64,000 nt of DNA from Octopus vulgaris. Lineage: Eukaryota. Location: positions 56,668,001 through 56,732,000 of the forward strand of contig OX597823.1 in assembly GCA_951406725.2 (NCBI GenBank), written 5' to 3'. Below the pieces are notes generated by a model, which worked only from the letters and a program-made list of their open reading frames with translations, was not told the DNA's origin and searched no databases. Both the position numbers and the translations under genes were made by a program. Within the stretch, counting starts at the first letter, position 1. The number at the start of each line of letters is the position of its first letter. Shown here one piece after another: positions 43,881 through 59,686 of this stretch.

Positions 43881-44220
43881 GTATGTATGTACCTATATTT
43901 TAGCGTATCTTCAGGAGATAAAGTATTTTCTGAGGATGTATTTTTAAAGTCTATTGAAGCTTGCGAACATTAACAAAAATTAACAGAATAAAAAAGAACA
44001 TACACATAAAAGAACAAAATTTAAATATAAACAAACACTGAAACAGACCCCCGAATAAAAAAAAAAATAATTAAAAAAAGACGAACGAGAAAAACAAAAA
44101 AAAAAAATATCAAAAATTAAAACTAAACAAATAAACAAATTTTAAAAAATGCTATTTACTGTGAAATAACATATTTATATCATCGCTTCGTTCATCTGAT
44201 AACATCGGAAATACACTTAC

Positions 44221-44232
44221 CTGTTTCTCAAA
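44221..44232 (-). other. Candidate 12-nt microexon of an unidentified minus-strand host gene
   Basis: ttCTAATtgccatctattcCAG|TTTGAGAAACAG|GTAAGT: branch-point-like CTAAT, AG acceptor, consensus donor, length divisible by 3. Confidence 0.4.
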
Positions 44233-44667
44233 CTGGAATAGATGGCAATTAGAACGCCATTTTAAAATGTTATGGCGGATTATGATGGAGGCGATTTTTA
44301 ACTACTTAATGTTCTTAATGATTTTGTTGTTATGGTTGTTGTCCTTGCTATTGTTATTGATCTTATTTTTGTTGATTTTGCTAGTATTTCTTTTGTCATT
44401 TTTGTTGTTGCTGGTGTTATTTTTTTTAGCATTATCTTCTGGTAATAAAAGTTGTTATTAATATTGTTCGGCTTGTTGCTTGTTTTTTTCATGTTCTTCA
44501 TGTTTTGTTGTTGTTGTTGTTGTTGCTATTGTGTGTGCGCATGTAAAGATATACAGCTGGCAGAATCGTTAGCGTGTTTATGTGTATGTATATTATATAT
44601 ATATAATTCAAATCTCGCCGAGGTTAGCTGTGCGATGAACATATATATATTTATACATATATATATA

Positions 44668-44709
<42 letters not shown>

Positions 44710-45361
44710 GTATAGATCAGTAAATCGCATCATTTATTTCGGACTGGTAGATCATATTATAAGTTAGGACCTTGATGTCTTAAGACTGGATCACCAGCGT
44801 GTAGAAATGAATTCTGATCAGTAAACCTATTTCTTTACTACTCACAAGGGGCTAAACACACAGAGGACAAACAAGGACAGACAAACGGATTAAGTCGATT
44901 ATATCGACCCCAGTGCGTAACTGGTACTTAATTTATCGACCCCGAAAGGATGAAAGGTATATATATAAAGGAAAAAAGAAAGGAAACATCTCAGAACGTA
45001 ACGGTATGTCTGGTGATGATTCAGCGGTCTGGCGTGCTAACGTTTCTGCCAGCTCGCCGCCTTTAGTAAACCGTAGAACTGAATTCGGACTAGCAGCTTT
45101 CAATTATTGAGCTCGGTTCACGATGAAAACGCGATCGCATTGAATGATAATTCTTTTATCACTGGCTCACAGCGTCGAGATATAACCAGTTAGCTGCAGT
45201 ATTTGCTTGAACCATCGTTGTATTAAGTAAGGATCAGTAAAACTAATCTCGGTCTATTGATGAATATTGTAATAAAGCTAGGTAATTATTAAAAAAAATC
45301 TTTCAGTCATGTTATATTGGGAATTTTGATTTCCTTGTACATTCTGTCGAAATTTATAGGA

Positions 45362-45762
45362 AAGATGTGGCTGCTACTGCTGCTGTCTTCTTCTTCTTCT
45401 TCTTCTTCTTCTTCTTCTTCTTCTTCTTCTTCTTCTTCTTCTTCTTCTTCTTCTTCTTCTTCTTCTTCTTCTTCTTCTTCTTCTTCTTCTTCTTCTTCTT
45501 CCAATCAGGACTCACGCCATTAGCCACAAAGAATAATCTCTAATTCGAGCCTACTCTAAGCTACTAAGAATGCGTGTGGCAACTTGAAGATCCACCCACC
45601 ACACGCGATAGACTGGCGGTTGCACGGGCGCGAAAGCTACGTTGTTATCCTCATTCCGTAAACGGTGGCTTTTAACGGGTGGAGAGCTGAACCATCCTGG
45701 GGGTACAGAGGATTCGCAATCTAGACTGGGATCTGAAAGTTTACCATACCATAGTGGTTACA
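45362..45762 (-). mobile_element. Retroposon-like repeat with (GAA)n tail; inverted partner at about 42240-42665
   Basis: Sense strand ends ...gctaatggcgtgagtcctgattg(gaa)n. 45520-45762 is the reverse complement of 42250-42495 with several substitutions. Confidence 0.55.
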
Positions 45763-46047
45763 AATCAAGAGAGAAACGTAGAAGAATCCATTTCACTATG
45801 GTATGAAATATCTAATTTAAAAGGCGTGAGCTGGCAGAAACGTTAGCACGCCGGGGAAAGAGTGAGAGAAAGTTGTGGTGAAAGAGTACAGTAGGGTTCA
45901 CCACCACTAGAATCGACTCACTACGTATTTTATCGGTCTCAACACTCACAATGCCTGGTCTGGGAATCGAAAACGCGTTCTTACGATCGCGAGTCCGCTG
46001 CCCTAACCACTGGGCCATTGCGCCTCCACTTACTGCTGCTGCTGTTG

Positions 46048-46080
<33 letters not shown>

Positions 46081-47371
46081 TCCAATGTCACTCATAAGGC
46101 ACTGGTCGGCCGAAGTGTCTTCGGACAAATTCCATACCAGTGCATATACCCATACAACGCGCAAAATCTTGCCGAGGTCAGCTCTACTTTTCATTCTTTC
46201 GGGGGATTGAACCCGAAGCTTACGTGACTGGAAGAGAGAGCCTTCACCCTAAAGTCATATGATATGTATTGCTATAGTTGTACCAGCTCTGCCAAGATAA
46301 CAAACTGAAGGCGCATCCCCAGTGGGCGATGAGGCCTAGTGGTTATGAAGTTGCGCTCACAATGATAAGGTCGCGGTTTCGATTCCTGGACCATCCATCC
46401 ATCCATCCATCCATCCATCCATGAGCAATGCACTTTTACACGTTGCACCAGTTTACTGTAACTGACTGACAAATCGGATTAAGTCGCTTATATCGACACC
46501 AGTGCATATATATATTTTATATATCATAAGTATTTGAATGCAAAATTAGCAGACTAAATGTCATAAGCATTTCGCCCGGCGTGCTAACGCATACAATTCT
46601 TTTCAGGAAATCCACTTTATGAAACGGTTCTTGATTGGTTCTTTATATTCTCGAGCCCAGTCGAAAGGAAAGCGAAGCCAACTTTGTATGAATTTGAACT
46701 CAAAACGTCAACGGAGATGGTTAAATGAACATATGTAAATATACTCTCAAAGATACCACGCGCATATACATACATACATACATACATACATACTTACATA
46801 CATACATACATACATATATATATGCATACATGTATATATGTATGTATATATATATATATATACATATACATACATGTATATATATATGTATATACATGTA
46901 TATAGCCACCTAAAACAATTAGGTTAAGCTGGGAACACATTCTACCAACTCATACTCCACATGCGAGTAACGTTTTTATGCTTAGAGAAAAAGCAAGAAT
47001 AGTATATATTAACAAGCTCTGAATAGATCGATCAGCTTGAATACACAAGTCCCAAAGTATATCACTGCACAATAGCGCAGATCTGTGTGCATATATATAT
47101 ATAAAAGTATTTAACGTAAAAAATTATTATTTTATATGTATGTATATTTTTATTTTTTTATAGCGTGCTTTCACTTCACTACCGAGCGCAGCTCTGTGTG
47201 TACTTGGGTATGTGTGCTGTGATTTGTTGTGATGCTCTGATGGGTGTGTTTGTAAGTCCTGGTGTTTTTTGTTATGTATTTGTCTGAATATTTTTATCAT
47301 GCCTAATGCACTTGTTAGTTGTGTCTTTGTATTTTGAGAGTTTCTCCATTTCTTTTAGAGACACGTTGTCA

Positions 47372-47425
<54 letters not shown>

Positions 47426-48111
47426 AATATCTGTACTTTTGCGTGTTTATTTCTGTAGGTGAATATGTGTGTGTGTATATATATACAGTCTTTTTTTTTT
47501 ATTTATTAAAGAATGTCCTTGTGACCACTTAAAAAAAAAACCCCGATACTAACTTACACATAAGAGATAGCCAGAATAAATATGAAAACCTAGTATGATA
47601 TTCTATTGAGCAAATCTATAAAAGTGTTTTTATCATCACAAGCATTTATATCTATTATATTTCTTTCATCGTTTTCCATGAATTTTAAATTACGTTCTTA
47701 GAAAAACGCATAATATATCTGTCGTTTTGACCAATATGCTGGTAATGAATGCGAAAGTAGAAGAAGAAGAAGACGAAGAAGAAGAAGACGAAGAAGAAGA
47801 CGAAGAAGAAGAAAAAAGAAGAAGAAGAAGAAGAAGAAGAAGAAGAAGAAGAAGAAGAAGAAGAAGAAGAAGAAGAAGAAGAAAAGGAAGGAAAAGGAGT
47901 TATAGAAGAATTTGTGGCACATAAGGAGGTAGAAGGAACATAACAAGATGGACGACGATGATGCAAACAGTAAACAAAATATAACTAAACATACAAAACA
48001 ATCCAAAACTCCCCCAAAAAAAGCAACAACAAAAAAAAAAACATAAAAAACCGCGCCGAGGAGTCCACAGTCGTGTCTGGATTGATATATTCACTCCCTT
48101 TAGCAGCATCT

Positions 48112-48145
<34 letters not shown>

Positions 48146-48159
48146 GAAGTCTTGCTTCT

Positions 48160-48216
<57 letters not shown>

Positions 48217-48769
48217 CATACACACAGGCACGCACACACACGTATACACGTACCTACGTACACATTTGTTCAATATCATCTCTAAATAGTGTGGCGTAAG
48301 TAATAAAATCTTTTTTATTATATAGCTTTTATCTAAATAAAGTTACAGTGGTCAATTGAATAAAGTCGTTTCTTACATTTCTCGGTTTACAGGTTACGTG
48401 TTGGAAACCTATTAAATGCAATGGACACGAAAAGATTTCTTTTCTATGCATCTTCATATCTTTTACTATTATCTATTATTATTTTTTTTATTTTTATTTT
48501 TTGCTTAACTAGAAAACTTTGCCAATAGGGTAATATAGGTCAGTGATAAAGTACTGAACAGTCTGGAGAAAAATGAACGACAAATTTTTTGGTTTATAGT
48601 GAGAAATTCGTATCATATACATCAACTTTTGTATTTTTTCTTTGTTTTTTATTTTAAATTTTTTTTTTTTCAAGAGAGAGTCTGTAAAAATGCCAGTACT
48701 TGATATATCGTGTATCCTCTTATAAAATAACTTAGTAAGTGGGATTACTTCTGATAATTCTTTCTTTCC

Positions 48770-49975
48770 CCTATAGACATAAGGCCTGAATTTTGGGATA
48801 AGATAGCTAGCCGATTACATAAACACAAGTGCTCTACTAGTGGTCATTTTATCGACCCTGAAAGGATGAACAGCAAAGTAAGTCGACTTCGACGGAATTT
48901 GAACTCTGAACGTAAAGACTGACAAAATGTCACTAAGCTCTCTGTTCGGCGTACTAACGATTCTTATTTCTTTATTGCCCACAAGGGGCTAAACATAGAG
49001 GGGACAAACAAGGACAGACAAACGGATTGAGTCGATTATATCCACCCCAGTGCGTAACTGGTACTTAATTTATTGACCCCGAAATGATGAAAGGCAAAGT
49101 CGACCTCGGCGGAATTTGAACTCAGAACGTAACGGCAGACGAAATACCTATTTCTTTACTACACACAAGGGGCTAAACAAAGAGAGGACAAGCAAGGACA
49201 GACAAACGGATTAAGTCGATTATTTCGACCCCAGTGTGTAACTGGTATTTATTTAATCGACCCTCGGCGGAATTTGAACTCAGAGCGTAGCGGCAGACGA
49301 AATACCGCTAAGCATGCTGACGATTCTGCCAGCTCACTGTCTTAAGTGATAGCTTTTAATAATTGCAATAATTCTTTCTAACAAAGGCACAAGGCTTGAA
49401 ATCTTGTAGGGACTAGAAAAGTAAATTACACCGATCCCAGTGATAAACTGGCAATTATTTTATCAACCACAAAAAAAAAAAAAGCAAAATTGGACCAGAG
49501 AGAAATTTGAACTCAGAAATTAAAATCGGAAGAAATACCGCTAAGCATAATATTTTCTACTATAGACACAAAGCCTGGATTTTGTGGGGAGGGGGACAGT
49601 CGATCACATCGACTCCAGTACTCAATTCGTACTTAATTTATCGACCCCGAAAGGATGAAAGCCAAACTCAGAACGTAGCGGTAGACGAAATATCGCTAAG
49701 CATTTCGCCCGGCGTGCTAACGATTCTGTCAGTTCGCCGTTCAGGTAACAATAATAATATGAATGATTTCAAATTTTGCCACAAGGACAGCCATTTTAGG
49801 GGAAGGAATTTATTGATTACACCGACCACAGTGTTCTGGTACTTAATTTATCGACCCTGAAAGGATGAAAGGCAAAGTGGACTTCGGTGGAATTTGAACT
49901 CAGAACGTAGTGACGGGCGAAATACCGCTAAGCATTTTGACCGGCGTGCTAACGATTCTGCCATCTCACCACCAT
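48770..49975 (-). mobile_element. Head-to-tail cluster of about 7 SINE C units
   Basis: Repeated cgaccccgaaaggatgaaaggcaaagtcgacctcggcggaatttgaactcagaacgt blocks, all on one strand, with both tail types. Confidence 0.88.
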
Positions 49976-52951
49976 GATAACAACAACAACAACAACGATA
50001 ATTATAATGATTTCATTTATTTGCCATCAGGGCGAAGGATGAGGGGGACAATAATAATCGTTTCTCTATTCATCACATGCAGGCCTGCATACAGGATAAA
50101 ATTTGTCATTCAAAACGGGTTGTAAAAAAACTTGGATTGGAGTGAGATAAAAATGTAATTTAATATATTAAGACAGGTTAAAGATTTAGTACACGAAAGA
50201 AATATGAGCAACCCGCTCACATAGGGGTTGGAAGTTGTCAGCTGGTCGACTCTATGCCAGAACCCTCGATCTCTTTGTGGCTTGACTCGCCGCTCCTTGG
50301 TGCCGGTGGCACCGAGGAGAGATGATTTTTCTTGCTTCAATTCTAGATTTCTCGGAGCTGCGAACGATAGTACTGTGGAAGCAGTGGTAGCGTAATAGCA
50401 GCTATCGTTTTCACCTCAGAGACCTACTGTTGGTGTTGCTTTTTATGCTGCTGTTGTTACTCTTTTCTTTTTCTTTTTGCTTTTCGAACTCTGGCTTGTA
50501 GGCCATCCAATGACTCTTACTCATAAACACGTGGCAATTTGACCTTAGCAATTTTGACCTCCTGCCCTCAGTCACGAGTCTTCTTGACTTCCTCACTCAT
50601 GCATTAGTGTATAAGTCCGAGATGGGGTGTGTGGAGCCTTGAAAATCTAAATACTCATACAGATGCCAATCTGTGATATGTTGTGAAATTAGCTCTCTGC
50701 TCAGCCCCTTTCTGCCGCAGAAGTAGCTCCCAAACTAATAATCAGTGTCAGTACTAATATTTCTGTATATAATACCACTTGTGCTTTTTTTTTCTCGATC
50801 TTAATGAGCAGACAAACATTTCAATAAGACTTGCATAGTTAAAGGGAATATATATTCTGCTACACAGGGACCAGGGTTTTTTTCACATCCTGTTTTGATG
50901 GCATACTGAAGTCCAATCTGTTTTTCGAAAAGGAGTATATCGCTTTCTGCTGTTTTTCAGTAAATTTTTCAGGTAAGGATGCATTTTTTTTTGTGACGTA
51001 CCTCTGCCATTTTTTTTATGCGTGACGTTGACAGTGTTTGATGTTTTGTATTTGTTTTTGGTTGGTAACAATAACAACCAACGGATGAGTCTCTGTTCTT
51101 ATTGCTGATGGTGTTCTTGCTAGTGTCATTTAAGATTGCCATTGTCAGCACTTTCTCTTTAGTACATAGCAAATTATTACTGTCTGTGTTTATAACCGTC
51201 TGTTGGCTAGTAATTTTTTTATGTCTACCGTTCTTGAAAAAAACTATTGTTCCTTTGTTTTGTTTTTTTAAATCTGTGGAGCGTATCCGCTGCTACCACC
51301 TTTGTGGTCAGTACTTTCTCACGCAACTACGGGAGTTGCAACATTGAATCACATATAAAATCCTAAAGACGGACTATTTTTCCTTTCCACGTAATGGACG
51401 GGCGTTTAGATAGTCCAGAGATCTTTGCTTGTAAATAGTATTGGGAAACTAGCGTTTTATTGAATCTTTCTAAAGGTTCTATACCCAGTGTAGACTTATG
51501 TACATATTTCAGGAAGATTGTGCTGATTTGATATAACTACATAACTGAAGAACATTACATGCAAAATATAAGCGAATCTCTGTTATTAATTCGCTCCAAG
51601 GTTTATATATGGCTCTTTCAAACAGCTTCCCGGTCAAAAAATCGTTTATTACACAAATACTGGCAATTTCTGTAATTAATGGCCATTTATGTTCCGGAAA
51701 GAACTATTTAAACATATGCACACAATAACAAACCATATCCTACATCTACCTTGATTGAGCAGACCTTATTTGATATTATTAAGATTGATAAGTCTCTCGT
51801 CTATTGATACACATTATTCAATGTAAGAGAGACGTCTGTATTTTGCAGATGGCCAAGAAAATATTACGTAATTTCCGTAGACAATTTTCCCATATCTCAG
51901 ATCGTTTTTTCTATTTGACGTTCAACCAGCTTTATGCAAAATTCTGATAAACATAATGCAAAATTTTGCTGCTTAAAGAAGCAAATTAATATATTATTTA
52001 ATAGGGAGCAACGTTTATTATAAAAAAAAAAATTGCGGAAATAGTGAGAATTTTTTTAGACAAAAGAATAAAATAAAACAGACATGTAATCCTGTTATTT
52101 CTGAGACAAGCTTTTAAATTATTGATTATCAAGTAATTTTCATGAAGGAAATATTACGAATGAAACAAGGCCGACGATCTGGTCGAATCTTTAGCACGCC
52201 CAGCAAAATACTTAGCAGCATTTCGTCCGTATATATGTTCTGTATACAAATTGAAGGTCGACTTTGCCTTTCATCCTTCAGTTAGGCTCTGGGGTCCATC
52301 CAATCGACTTAGCCCCTTTCCCGGAATTTCTGGTCCACTACCAAAATTTGAAACCATTATTACGAATGAAAAAAACTGTTAATGTGTGATACCCGTATAG
52401 ACTGGCAGACACTACTACTGAGAGAGGCAAAAACAAATTTACCTAAATATATAGAACGAATACAATGCCAAAGCAAACACACAAGTACTGATATAGTATG
52501 GTATATCCTCTATGAGCCAAAAACTTCCTTATTATAAAAGTGTAATATATATCATTGAAAAATTCATAGAATTTTTCAATGATATATACTAGACTGAACC
52601 CCAAAAAACTCTCCATTGACATGAAACAGAAACATGCAAGCCACCGAGTGAAACTATGTTATATATTTTGTAATAATCAAGGAAGATCTAAACTCCATGA
52701 CTCAAACTGTTACATCGGACACACTTGTATGACACTATCTCGTCGGTTGATTTAGGCATTTACAAACAAGGACCAACACAGTACATTATAATACAGCACT
52801 GGAAATGAAACAAGTTGGAAAAAAATTAGTTGATGGCACTAAGATCCTGAAAAAAGAAAATCGCAAAAATAAGCACCCCACCATCAGAAACGGATTCGAT
52901 TAACTATGGAAGCAGCATGATGTGAATACAATAGAATAATTACAACTACGA

Positions 52952-53400
52952 GTGGCGAGCTAGCAGAAGCGTTAGCACGTCGGGAGAAATGCGTAGCGGT
53001 ATTTTGTCTGCTGCTACGTTCTGAGTCCAAGTTCCGCCGAGGTCGACTTTGCCTTTCATCCTTTCGGGGTCGATTAAATAAGTACCAGTTGTGCACTGCA
53101 GTCGATCTAATCGACTTAATCGACTTAATCCCTTTGTCTGTTTGTCTGTCTTTGTTTGTCCCCTCTGTGTGTAATCCCTTCTGGGCAGTAAGGAAATAAG
53201 AAGCGTTAGCATATCGGGTGAAATGCTTAGTGGTATTTCGTCTGTCTTTGCGCTCTGAGTCCAAATTCCGCCGAAGTCGACTTTCTCTTTCATCCTTTCG
53301 GGGTCGATAAATTAAGTACCAGTTGCGTACTGCAGTCGATCTAATCGACTGGCACCCTCTCCAAAATTTTGGACCATGTACCTAGAGTAGAAAGGAAATA
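52952..53400 (+). mobile_element. SINE C tandem dimer (tail 1 unit followed by head-truncated tail 2 unit)
   Basis: Junction ...gtaaggaaata|agaagcgttagc at about 53198. Confidence 0.88.
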
Positions 53401-53708
53401 TTTACAACTAGGGTGGCGAAGCATATATGTCCACGCCTCGATCTGCCACCCCCTTCGGTTCTTCCTTTTACCTTATACCAAAATTACTGCATTTCCATGA
53501 TCTCCTTTCATGTTTGTTTACTGCCGTATCCTACATACATTTTAGATATTATATTTTTAGGAACATTTCATCTGATCAAATAGTGGTCGAGAAGCCAATA
53601 AGGGCGAAAATTCGGAGTAAACAACCGACGCGTGCGCGCGCACACACAAACACACACAAGCACACACACGTACACAAGCACAAACACATACCCACGCGTA
53701 AACAAACA

Positions 53709-53753
<45 letters not shown>

Positions 53754-53761
53754 ATACATAG

Positions 53762-53795
<34 letters not shown>

Positions 53796-53911
53796 GGATT
53801 CAAAAGCCGGTGTGATTGTCTGTGTGTCAGTGTGTGTATCTATGTGTGAGTGTATATGTTGGTTCGTTTAAATATATACGGGAATACAAATTCACAAGCG
53901 GCTGTATATGC

Positions 53912-53983
<72 letters not shown>

Positions 53984-54073
53984 TATATATGCGTCATGGT
54001 GAGCGTGTACAATCAGAACGGAATGTAGACACGCATGTACACACATGGTCGCCATCTGTGTGTATAAGTGTGC

Positions 54074-54112
<39 letters not shown>

Positions 54113-54117
54113 CAAAA

Positions 54118-54148
<31 letters not shown>

Positions 54149-54181
54149 CATACATACATACATACACACACACATATATAT

Positions 54182-54256
<75 letters not shown>

Positions 54257-54552
54257 CTGTCAATTAAACTGCAACAATTCCTTACGCGTGTCGACTTCGC
54301 CGAGCAAAACTAATCGAATTAAACTATTTTCCCTTAGATTAAAGTCTGTGGCACGAATTAGCTGAAACCTGTCTGCGAAGATATTCAATGTTCATCGTAG
54401 GACGCTAGGAAGACTGCCATAAGTAAATTGCCTTACAACCAAACATATAAATATTATGAAACGCCGTTTATTCATATATGTTTGTGCGCGCGTACTTGTA
54501 TGTATGTGTATGTCTATCTATGTGTGTTATGATGGTAGACACATATGTATGC

Positions 54553-54591
<39 letters not shown>

Positions 54592-54724
54592 TATAAATAT
54601 ATTCACATGCACAAATATGTGTAGTTATACACACACACGCACACACATACACATATATACATATGCATACATACATGCATATATACATACATAAAAACAC
54701 ACATTCAGGGTTATACAAAATGCC

Positions 54725-56560
<1,836 letters not shown>

Positions 56561-57229
56561 CGACCCCAGTGCGTAACTGGTACTTATTTAATCGATCCCG
56601 AAAGGATGAAAGGCAAAGTCGACCCCGGCGGAATTTGAACTCAGAACGTAACGGCAGACGAAATACGGCTACGCATTTCGCCCGGCGTGCTAACGTTTCT
56701 GCCAGCTCGCCATTAAATACGTCGTTTGATTGAACAACCTATCAAGAGGCTTGCTTCGTAATCATTGCCACTACGTGGCATCAGGTGGAAATGTCTTTTA
56801 GTATATAGTTTCATGACGATGAAAGCCTTTTCAGGAAACTGAGGAAACGGTAACTGTGTGGAAGCATGTCGTTTGAATTGAACCTGTAATGTCAAATTTA
56901 GCAGCTTTACACACGTCACGCTTATTCTGCTTGAGAATTATGTGAAGGCTATATAAAATAAGTACCAGTTGAGTACTGGAGTCGATGTAATCGATTTGCC
57001 TTCCGCAAGTTACTGGCTAAAATTTGAAACTTATACGTATGGCTGTATGGTTAAAAATCTCGCTTTGCAGCTATGAGGTTTCGGAGTCAATCCCATGTTG
57101 CGGCGTAACATGTAACTATGAGTCGACCAATACCTCGGGAATTAATTTGGCAGATGTATAACCGTATATTTATTTATTTTTTAATTTTTATTTTATCTAG
57201 TTTCAGCTCACGAGCTGTGGCCATGCTGG

Positions 57230-57306
<77 letters not shown>

Positions 57307-57374
57307 TTGAAATTTACAGAAGAACAAAAGTCGATGACAGGTGTATAAACAACATGCAGGTGTATGTTTGACGC

Positions 57375-57411
<37 letters not shown>

Positions 57412-57657
57412 CTATATATATGTAAGTGTGTTTTCGTGTATCACACCACTGCTTGACAACCAGTGTTGGTTTGTGTACGTCCTTTTAACAGCGGTTCGGC
57501 AAACGAAACCGATAGAATGAATACCAGATTTAAAAATGATTACCGGGGTCAATTTTTTCTGCTAGACCCACCAAGACAGTGCCCCAGCATGACCGTTATC
57601 CATTGACTGAAACAAGTTAATGGTAAAAGAATAGGCAAAAAAATTGTTGAGTTTGGC

Positions 57658-57703
<46 letters not shown>

Positions 57704-58739
57704 AAGAGAGAGAGATTAAAATGATTAAAATGATTAAAATGACTGATGTCAAGTAAGCCACCGTCGAATGGGCCATGCAAAAAACTCAAAAAAGAAAAAC
57801 CCTAAACCACACACACACACTCACACACCCAGTTTCCACACCACACAACACCACCCACACGCACACATTATACACTACACACACAAATGTGAAACAATGT
57901 GAAAAACAAAAGAACAACACACACCCACCAGGAATCGAAACACACAATCTAACGATCATGAACACAACAACCCACAACAAACTCTCCCTCACTCTCACGC
58001 CTCAAAACACATAAAACCCGCGCAAAGACAATAGTTCACATGACGTTAGCACAGTCCATATTTTGGCAAGGTATTAATTTTGTACTGATGGGCAGTTAGT
58101 CATCTTCTTCACAAGGCAAGCCTGGTAGGTGAGCCGATTTAATTGGCAGCATATAATTCTTTGTTTGAGATTACATGTTATTAGCTTAATTCGTGAGCGA
58201 CCTCATATACACTATATATGTGTATATGTATATATGTAAGCTTCAGGGTTTCGACAGTTACAACAAGGAATGGGCTCACTTGCGAGTGATAATGTCCTTC
58301 ATATTTGGACAGTATGATGAAGTGTGTTTGATAAACTCAGTAGTTTATGAAATCGAAGTTACAGCAGTATAATCCATCTAAATGTACATATTTCATAAAA
58401 AATTCTATGTAACGATTTCAACTTTTGAAAGTTCGCGAGATGCAGGAAATCAATTACACTGACACTAGTGCGCAAATGGTACTTAATTTATCGACCCCAA
58501 AGGAAGAAAAACCAAAGTCGATCTCGGCACGATTTGAACTCAGAATGTAAAGACGGACGAAATGTCGCTAACATATATGATATATACATATAATAATCCT
58601 TTCCAGTGAAGGCCCGTGGCTCAGAGGATAGAGCGTCGAGCTTACGATCGTGAGATTGTGAGTTCGAATCCCGGACCGGTCTGTGTGTTGTGTTCTATGT
58701 ACCTCTGTGTGTGTGCCTCTCAGTGTGTGTGTGTGTGTA

Positions 58740-58866
58740 TACATATGTTATATATGTATATGCAATTAGGTGTAATTGCGTTTGTAGCGTGCCGGCGCAT
58801 GTTCCCTATATTCATACAGAGACATTTTTGTTTCATTTACATATAGATATTTTGTAAAAATTAGTG

Positions 58867-58931
<65 letters not shown>

Positions 58932-59125
58932 GTGTATGTGTGTGTGCGCGCATGTACGTATGGATGTATGTATGTATGAACATGGTTCGATACTAATCAC
59001 TAATGTTCACAAAATATCTATATGTAAATGAAACAAAAATGTCTATGTATGAATATAGGAAACATGCGCCGGCACGCTACAAACGCAATTATACCTAATT
59101 GCATATACATATGTAGATACATATG
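58740..59125. repeat. Inverted repeat with arms of about 115-130 bp around a (TA)n spacer
   Basis: 58756-58870 is the reverse complement of 58995-59108 with a few substitutions. Confidence 0.9.
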
Positions 59126-59200
59126 CATACACACACACAATGGCACATACACACATGAATATATATACATATATGCAAAATTATAAGCATATATGCATAA

Positions 59201-59231
<31 letters not shown>

Positions 59232-59337
59232 CATATATATACATATACATATATATACATATATACATATATATACATATATATATATAAATATATATAA
59301 ATATATATATAAATATATATATAATATATACAGATAT

Positions 59338-59406
<69 letters not shown>

Positions 59407-59421
59407 TATAGATATATACAT

Positions 59422-59510
<89 letters not shown>

Positions 59511-59627
59511 TCTTTATATATACACACATATATATACGTATATATGTATATGCTTCCATCTGATTGATATATAGTCAGAGAGAAGCATATATATATATAT
59601 GTATATATCTAAGCTTCTACCTGTCTT

Positions 59628-59686
<59 letters not shown>

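Noticed and set aside
48770-49975. CRISPR-like or satellite array
   Set aside because: The units are diverged SINE C copies without constant repeat and unique spacer periodicity; the context is eukaryotic.
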